From the IMG/VR virus record IMGVR_UViG_3300034062_005355: DNA of 64,000 nt; one strand, written 5' to 3'. The stretch comes from a virus. Taxonomy: Duplodnaviria; Caudoviricetes. This document shows, piece after piece, positions 58,648 through 64,000 of the stretch. Made by a program: the position numbers and the translations under genes. The notes below the pieces were generated by a model. It ran no database searches and had not been told where the DNA came from. It saw only the letters and a program-made list of their open reading frames with translations. Each line of letters opens with the position of its first letter. Positions within the stretch are counted from its first letter, which is position 1.

Positions 58648-58660
58648 ACACACTATTTGT
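57990..58660 (+). repeat. in-frame ~36-nt repeats with variable spacers
   Basis: CAAAATGG core at 58009, 58090, 58156, 58222, 58291, 58375, 58447, 58516 and GAAAATGG at 58633; spacings 81,66,66,69,84,72,69,117, all multiples of 3. Confidence 0.9.
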
Positions 58661-58933
58661 TCAAGTGCACCGTTTGTTTATGGTGTTAAAGATACTTTAC
58701 AACACGGCGTGAAAGAAACTTTTGATAAAACTCATCATAGAAGACGAGAAGTTGTCCGAACTATAAGAGATGGAATTAAAGAAACTTATGACGATACTTA
58801 TCACCATAAAAGTAGGGTTGATGGTGTAATTAAAAATGGGATTAAACAAACCTGTGCTCAGATACCATCAATTCAACCTGTGGTAGAAAGAATACTTGAA
58901 GAAGGTATAATTCAGGACTCACAAGATTGTTAG
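58637..58933 (+). CDS. QNGVK-repeat protein, C-terminal continuation after frameshift
   Basis: GVKHT...LQHGVKET...IRDGIKET...IKNGIKQT continues the same repeat in another frame. Confidence 0.6.
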   Translation: MGVKHTICSSAPFVYGVKDTLQHGVKETFDKTHHRRREVVRTIRDGIKETYDDTYHHKSRVDGVIKNGIKQTCAQIPSIQPVVERILEEGIIQDSQDC

Positions 58934-59014
58934 AAAGGTAATTCCCAAAATTTTATTTTTTATTATTGATAATTTTTAATATATTTGTAAGACAAATAAT
59001 TAAATAACATCTTT

Positions 59015-59419
59015 ATGGAAAAATTAATGAAAAGTTTTATTAATGAATCTCTTATAGGGACTAGTTTATATTACTATAAAGGTTCAATTTGGGTAATGTT
59101 TTCTGACAGAAACGAATGGGTTATTGAATTAAATCAACATAGAATGTTATTTTTTAATTATGAATTTTTTGTAGAACTATTTAAATATGTGTCTATGGAT
59201 CCCGTTGTAAGTAAAAAATATATTGTTAAATGGGTTGAATCCATGATTAAAAATAAAATTAAAGATTCTTACGAGATTAATGATTGTAATGATCTTGGTA
59301 AAGTTGTATTATTAGCTGAAGAAATAAATTTAGAAGGGATCAGAGGGGTATTAGAAATCAATAATTTTTTTAAAAGAGGATTTGACGATGCTATTCAAGA
59401 TGGTGTTAAACTTACATAA
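59015..59419 (+). CDS. short paralogue of the QNGVK-repeat protein
   Basis: Same N-domain (W...WVIEL...NY.FF...SMD...I.KWVE) and a single terminal IQDGVK. Confidence 0.75.
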   Translation: MEKLMKSFINESLIGTSLYYYKGSIWVMFSDRNEWVIELNQHRMLFFNYEFFVELFKYVSMDPVVSKKYIVKWVESMIKNKIKDSYEINDCNDLGKVVLLAEEINLEGIRGVLEINNFFKRGFDDAIQDGVKLT

Positions 59420-59424
59420 ACATA

Positions 59425-59742
59425 TTATGTGTGTTTAATAGTTTTACCTCTATCAACTAGTGATTTAATGTTTGAACTTTTTTTAATTAACTTTAATATG
59501 CTGTTGAATAATGCGGTACTTTCTGGTAATGTGAATTTTGACGGTGATTTTCCATCTCTTTTATTTTCGCAAAATTTCATAACTTCTTTTTTTGCTGAAA
59601 GCATTTTCAGTTTGTCTTTTGCGGTATTCATAATTTCACTACCATATAAATCCAAATAACCTAACACGGCTGAATATAAATCAGACGATGTTTGTTCTGT
59701 TATTATTCTATTAAATTGAGATTCGGTTATAATGTATTTCAT
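59425..59742 (-). CDS. ITE-leader family protein
   Basis: MKYIITESQFNRIITEQ. Confidence 0.75.
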   Translation of the reverse strand: MKYIITESQFNRIITEQTSSDLYSAVLGYLDLYGSEIMNTAKDKLKMLSAKKEVMKFCENKRDGKSPSKFTLPESTALFNSILKLIKKSSNIKSLVDRGKTIKHT

Positions 59743-59745
59743 AGT

Positions 59746-60231
59746 TTATAAATATACCTCAGCTCCAATATTAACCATCGATCTAATTTCTTCTTCGGTG
59801 TATTTTTTGGAGATTGGAGTTTCTCTCAACCACAAATCAAGACCAACTGATTTAAGGTTTCCAAGAGATTTAATCGGAGTTCCCTCTAAATACAACTTAC
59901 TTCCAACCGACTCAAGATCTCCAAGAGATTCAATTGAAGAATTATCCAAATCAAGATAACCTCCAACCGATTTAAGGTTTCCAAGAGATTTAATTTGTGA
60001 TGCGACCAAAGTCAAATTACCTTCGACCGATTCAAGGTTTCCGAGAGATTCAATCGAAGATTTTGCCAAATACAAATCACCGCTTATTCTATAAGGAGGA
60101 TTATTTCTTTTTTTCAAAAATGATTGTAACATCTTCCATTCATTAAAATGAGCATAAGGAATTGTTAGGATTTCTTCTTCTTCCTGTTCGGATATTAACT
60201 TATATTGTCTCTCGGTTATGATGTATTTCAT
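59746..60231 (-). CDS. ITE-leader protein with 22-aa leucine-rich repeats
   Basis: MKYIITERQY; (I)ESLGNLESV(G)G repeats with a 66-nt period. Confidence 0.8.
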   Translation of the reverse strand: MKYIITERQYKLISEQEEEEILTIPYAHFNEWKMLQSFLKKRNNPPYRISGDLYLAKSSIESLGNLESVEGNLTLVASQIKSLGNLKSVGGYLDLDNSSIESLGDLESVGSKLYLEGTPIKSLGNLKSVGLDLWLRETPISKKYTEEEIRSMVNIGAEVYL

Positions 60232-60334
60232 ATTTTATATATCCTTAACAAAAGTTAAATAAGCTGCAATTTCATTTTCGGTGTTTATAACCTTCAAATT
60301 GAATCTATCTTCAACTTAATATTTTTTTTTGACA

Positions 60335-60670
60335 TTAACAATCTTGAGTGTTCTTATTATAGAAGTTTTCAATCTTCTCACCATACATATCCATTAGCTG
60401 ATTAACAAAGGTTTCATAACCAATATGATCGATGATAAAATTTTCTTTATCATCAATCTCAAAATTATCAGGTTCATATTGTTGGATAATATCCATAACC
60501 AAGCTGTCTATATATTTTTCTAATGTGGGGTAATAATCACAAAAATCAATATCTCCATAAAAGTCATCCGCAGCATCAATTATTTGTGATGCTTCACTCA
60601 TAATATCTATTAACCTTCTTTTTAAACTAAGAATTTTATTATACTGAGATTCTGTGATAATATATTTCAT
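60335..60670 (-). CDS. ITE-leader family protein
   Basis: MKYIITESQY; TATTTATA 4 nt upstream. Confidence 0.75.
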   Translation of the reverse strand: MKYIITESQYNKILSLKRRLIDIMSEASQIIDAADDFYGDIDFCDYYPTLEKYIDSLVMDIIQQYEPDNFEIDDKENFIIDHIGYETFVNQLMDMYGEKIENFYNKNTQDC

Positions 60671-60713
60671 ATTTTATAAATATATATAATCATTTAAATA
60701 TATATATATTATT

Positions 60714-60920
60714 ATGAGAGATGCATTTAAAGTTATAGGTAAACAAATTGACTATATGGATAAGACATGGGTAATAAATGATTTTTATTATGTCCCAACA
60801 AATCCTGACATATATGTTGAATTATTTAATGGGGGTTATAAAATGAACGTAAAGTTAGACGTAATTAAAGATTTAATCACTACGCCATATTCTTTAGAAC
60901 AGATTCAAGAACACCAATAG
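60714..60920 (+). CDS. hypothetical protein
   Basis: 68 aa. Confidence 0.6.
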   Translation: MRDAFKVIGKQIDYMDKTWVINDFYYVPTNPDIYVELFNGGYKMNVKLDVIKDLITTPYSLEQIQEHQ

Positions 60921-61152
60921 AATCTTTATCTTGTTTGGTTTTAACCTTTTTACTTTTTAAGTAAGTTAGAGATTCCAATAGTTCATCTCGTTTGGATGGT
61001 TTTTTAACCTCAACTATTGGTTTATTTGTGGTGCCTGTGATAGATGGTTTGACAGGTTTTTGATCAGAAAACAATGCATTATAAATTTTAATTGATTCGT
61101 CTGTATTACGAACAAATGCGCGAATAGTTAAGAGTAGAAGTAATTTTTCCAT
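60880..61152 (-). CDS. hypothetical protein
   Basis: 90 aa; TATATTTG promoter motif just upstream. Confidence 0.6.
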   Translation of the reverse strand: MEKLLLLLTIRAFVRNTDESIKIYNALFSDQKPVKPSITGTTNKPIVEVKKPSKRDELLESLTYLKSKKVKTKQDKDSIGVLESVLKNMA

Positions 61153-61175
61153 ACCACAAATATACGAAAAAGATT

Positions 61176-61493
61176 TTAAATCTCGGTATCTGAAATAAAT
61201 GTTACTATTAACAATTCTGATGAGATATTAACTTCGGGACAAATACTTTTTACTATTTGTGCACATTCTTTGGTGAATGAAGTTAGTATAGTATTACTAA
61301 GAGGCCCGTTATTTTCAAGTTGAGAAAAGAAACTATCTTTAATAAAAATCTTCATATCAAAATTTGGCGCGACATTATGAGTTGTACCTGAAAACGATAC
61401 TACAGGAGAAGACTCAACCAAACTTTTTATTTTAACAACATATGGAAATTCCTTCTTAAGGTATTTCTCAACTAAATCTAAATTACAATTCAT
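61176..61493 (-). CDS. hypothetical protein
   Basis: 105 aa; LKKEFPYV motif. Confidence 0.7.
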   Translation of the reverse strand: MNCNLDLVEKYLKKEFPYVVKIKSLVESSPVVSFSGTTHNVAPNFDMKIFIKDSFFSQLENNGPLSNTILTSFTKECAQIVKSICPEVNISSELLIVTFISDTEI

Positions 61494-61552
61494 ATTTCTA
61501 TTTTAATAAGTATAATCAAATTATTTAATAAAGACAAAGGTATTTATAAATA

Positions 61553-62383
61553 ATGAACTTACAAGAGAATATAAATAGAATCAAAGAAATGATGGGGGTT
61601 ATTACTGAAGGTAAAGACCCGAAAACAGGAACAGGTAAAAAACCTGAAGGTTCTGACAGAAGATTATATACAGATGAAAATCCAAGTGATACTGTATCAG
61701 TAAAGTTCAGAACAAAAGAAGACATTATTGACACATTAAATAAAGATAGTTTTAAATCAAAACCACATAATAGACAATCTCAAATAATAAATCTTATTCA
61801 TCAAAGAGTAAGAGCGGCTTATCAGAACGCCAAAGACCCTGAAACAAAACAAAGGTTAAAAAGGGCTTATGATTATATTGAAAATGTAAAAGAAAAGTCA
61901 AAGGAAAAGACAATTAGATTACAGAAAGAAGGTTTGGATGATAAATGGACACACGGAGAAGATACGGTTACATTAAAACAATTGTTGAAGATTACCAAAG
62001 ATATTCCTGTAACCAAAATGTCAACTAAAAAACTTATGAAACATGCTCTTCACGGGGATAATCCTGAGGAGATGAAAAAGGTTGACAAGACAAGTTTAAA
62101 ATATCCTGTCCTTGTTTTGGTTAGTGATAAGGGTTTAATCAAATATATTCTTGATGGTCACCATAGAATACAGAAGGCGAACAAGTATGATATCAAAATG
62201 GTCAATGTAAAGTTAATTAAATTCAGTGAACTACCTAAAAACTTTAAAAAAGTTTTGGGTGGAGAGAAAGAAGAACAAACCGAGGGCGAACTAACCGAGA
62301 GGTGTTGGAAAGGATATACTCAAAAGGGTATGAAGACAATGTTTGGTAAGAGATACCCAAACTGTGTAAAGATAAAGAAATGA
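61553..62383 (+). CDS. multi-module putative virion protein with ParB/Srx-like domain
   Basis: MNLQENINRIKEMMGVITE leader; KYPVLVL...ILDGHHR; terminal CWKGY...PNCVK module. Confidence 0.7.
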   Translation: MNLQENINRIKEMMGVITEGKDPKTGTGKKPEGSDRRLYTDENPSDTVSVKFRTKEDIIDTLNKDSFKSKPHNRQSQIINLIHQRVRAAYQNAKDPETKQRLKRAYDYIENVKEKSKEKTIRLQKEGLDDKWTHGEDTVTLKQLLKITKDIPVTKMSTKKLMKHALHGDNPEEMKKVDKTSLKYPVLVLVSDKGLIKYILDGHHRIQKANKYDIKMVNVKLIKFSELPKNFKKVLGGEKEEQTEGELTERCWKGYTQKGMKTMFGKRYPNCVKIKK

Positions 62384-62904
62384 AACTACAAGAGAATATA
62401 AATAGGATTAAGGAAGTGATGGGGTTAAACGAAGTGTTTGATGACATCAAAGGGGTTCCGTTATATCATAAGACTTCAACAAACAGAGGATTAGATATAA
62501 TCAATAGTGACGCATTAAGAGCGGGTTCATTACCATCAGGAGATTACTTATCATACGACAAACGATTAGCCAGAACAAAACATCAAAACGCAATATCCTT
62601 TACAAGAGATAAAAATTGGGTACCAGGTTATACGATAGGAATAGGATTGGAATCACCTTTGGAAGATTCAAATATGACCTTTGTTGTCGATAGAAATAAA
62701 TTAAAAACAAAGTATAGGGTCGAACCATTCAATTACCAAGGAATTGAACCTGATTACGAACATCACAAGAAGAACGATGAATTGGAAGAACGTGTGATGA
62801 CAAATGAAATATACCCATTACATCGTTATCTTATTGATATTATTTACACGGGGAATGACCCTGAAGTACAACAGCAAATAGACAATTATCTAAAAAATAA
62901 TTAA
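62380..62904 (+). CDS. putative ADP-ribosyltransferase-fold virion protein
   Basis: MKLQENINRIKEVMGLNE leader; LYHKT, ISFTRD, ELEERV pattern. Confidence 0.5.
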   Translation: MKLQENINRIKEVMGLNEVFDDIKGVPLYHKTSTNRGLDIINSDALRAGSLPSGDYLSYDKRLARTKHQNAISFTRDKNWVPGYTIGIGLESPLEDSNMTFVVDRNKLKTKYRVEPFNYQGIEPDYEHHKKNDELEERVMTNEIYPLHRYLIDIIYTGNDPEVQQQIDNYLKNN

Positions 62905-62927
62905 CGCCAGCCACACAACGACAGAAA

Positions 62928-63191
62928 TTAATAATAACTTGGTTCGGGGTTGTAGAAACTAATACTTTGTAATGTATCGTGGGGATAAACGTATTTAAAT
63001 AATTCTTTAACCTTTTGTTTTATTTCTGTTGTATCCAAATCAATGAGAACATCAGGTTTAATTCCCAAGAATATAGTATAATAGTATTTCCCTTCATTAT
63101 CATAAGACACAACCTTAATATCGTTAATCATGGGGTATTCACCATCAATCATTCTGAGAATAATTCTTTTAAGGGTTTCGTTGTTTGTCAT
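62928..63191 (-). CDS. hypothetical protein
   Basis: Start reassigned to MTNNETLKRII; TATTTATT 3 nt upstream. Confidence 0.7.
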   Translation of the reverse strand: MTNNETLKRIILRMIDGEYPMINDIKVVSYDNEGKYYYTIFLGIKPDVLIDLDTTEIKQKVKELFKYVYPHDTLQSISFYNPEPSYY

Positions 63192-63393
63192 AATAATAAA
63201 TATGTGGGGATAATAGATATTCAGTTCATTCACTTCTGTGGGTGAGGTTCGGGATAAACCCTCACACACCGCACATACGTTCATTCTCTGATTATCCATT
63301 ATCGTAACGGACATTACGGTAATCTACATTACGATAATTAAATCGTGAAGATATATTTGACTAACACAATCTTTATTCTATTTTTGAAAATGT

Positions 63394-64000
63394 ATGAAAG
63401 ATTTAATTTTTATTACAGCTTTTTGTCCAACAGAAGAACAAGAAAGAGTTTTGGAAAAATGTGTTGATTCGGTTTTACAATGTGGTAAAGATATTGCATT
63501 AATATCTCATTCACATATACCAATACATATTCAAAAAAAATGTCAATATTATCTTTATGACCATCTAAATGATACGTCCGATGATTATAATTTATTAGGG
63601 CATAATCATTTCAGTTTTAATAATCAAAAAATACAATCAAGATTTTTTAGTAAAACATTTTATGGATTTGCAATTTATAGAATGTTTTCAATGGTAAGTC
63701 AAATTGCCATAAATTTTGGATACGACAATATTCATCATATTGAATATGATTGTGAGTTATTAGATAAAACTTTGATTGATAAAAATAGTGATTATCTTAA
63801 AGAATACGATTCTGTTATATGTACAGATAATGGTAAAAAAGATGGATTTCTTTTTGGTTCCTTTAAGTCTTTTAAAGTAAGTTCATTACCTGAACATTTT
63901 AAAAACTATAATAGAGATTTCATTGAAAATGAAATGAAAGTACTTGAGCCAAAACAATTAGAATTCTTTACAAAAAATCTTTTCATGAATAACGGAAAGG
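63394..64000 (+). CDS. glycosyltransferase-like protein (3'-truncated; not in ORF track)
   Basis: Hand-translated MKDLIFITAFCP...HHIEYDCEL... open to the window end; TATTTTTG promoter motif at 63379. Confidence 0.55.
   Translation, partial: MKDLIFITAFCPTEEQERVLEKCVDSVLQCGKDIALISHSHIPIHIQKKCQYYLYDHLNDTSDDYNLLGHNHFSFNNQKIQSRFFSKTFYGFAIYRMFSMVSQIAINFGYDNIHHIEYDCELLDKTLIDKNSDYLKEYDSVICTDNGKKDGFLFGSFKSFKVSSLPEHFKNYNRDFIENEMKVLEPKQLEFFTKNLFMNNGK

Noticed and set aside
57990-58660. CRISPR array (36-nt repeat starting GTTGAA, 66-84 nt period)
   Set aside because: All periods are multiples of 3, the frame stays open, repeat variation is mostly synonymous or conservative, and no cas operon is adjacent; it is a protein repeat.
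59746-60231. 66-nt DNA repeats as a DGR template/variable repeat pair
   Set aside because: They are tandem in-frame LRR-type units without adenine-restricted mismatches, and there is no reverse transcriptase in the window.

Overview
A ~30% GC, gene-dense segment of a large (jumbo/huge) tailed dsDNA phage, read with standard code 11. The host is very probably a Bacteroidota: there are TTTG-N19/20-TAnnTTTG promoters, no Shine-Dalgarno sites, a Bacteroidota-type RpoD, an Hc1-like protein and a T9SS type-B cargo protein. Layout: Pro/Thr-rich and SprB-repeat structural genes (1-5.7 kb); a GIY-YIG endonuclease; a recombination/replication block (RuvC, primase, PD-(D/E)XK nuclease, SbcD, SbcC); a sigma factor; a lysis cassette; acidic putative head proteins; DnaJ, Dam, thioredoxin/glutaredoxin; a second MTase; a 1615-aa T9SS-type adhesin next to a PlcP/LpxH-like phosphoesterase; tRNA-fMet followed by a ~0.9 kb ORF-free, highly structured RNA (GOLLD-like); and a variable region of short paralogous genes (48.6-64 kb). 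Main leads: (1) about 17 genes share a short N-terminal '(I/L)-x-E' leader resembling a T4 capsid-targeting/prohead-protease site, carry very different C-terminal cargo domains, and sit behind a recurring TATTTAT(A/T) motif, which suggests a polymorphic virion-packaged effector system; (2) the giant ncRNA driven by tandem promoters enclosed in inverted repeats; (3) an in-frame repeat/variable-spacer protein (QNGVK repeats) split by a G-run frameshift; (4) a phage-borne T9SS cargo, a PlcP-like enzyme and a degenerate MetK-like protein. All family assignments are by eye from motifs; no searches were run.
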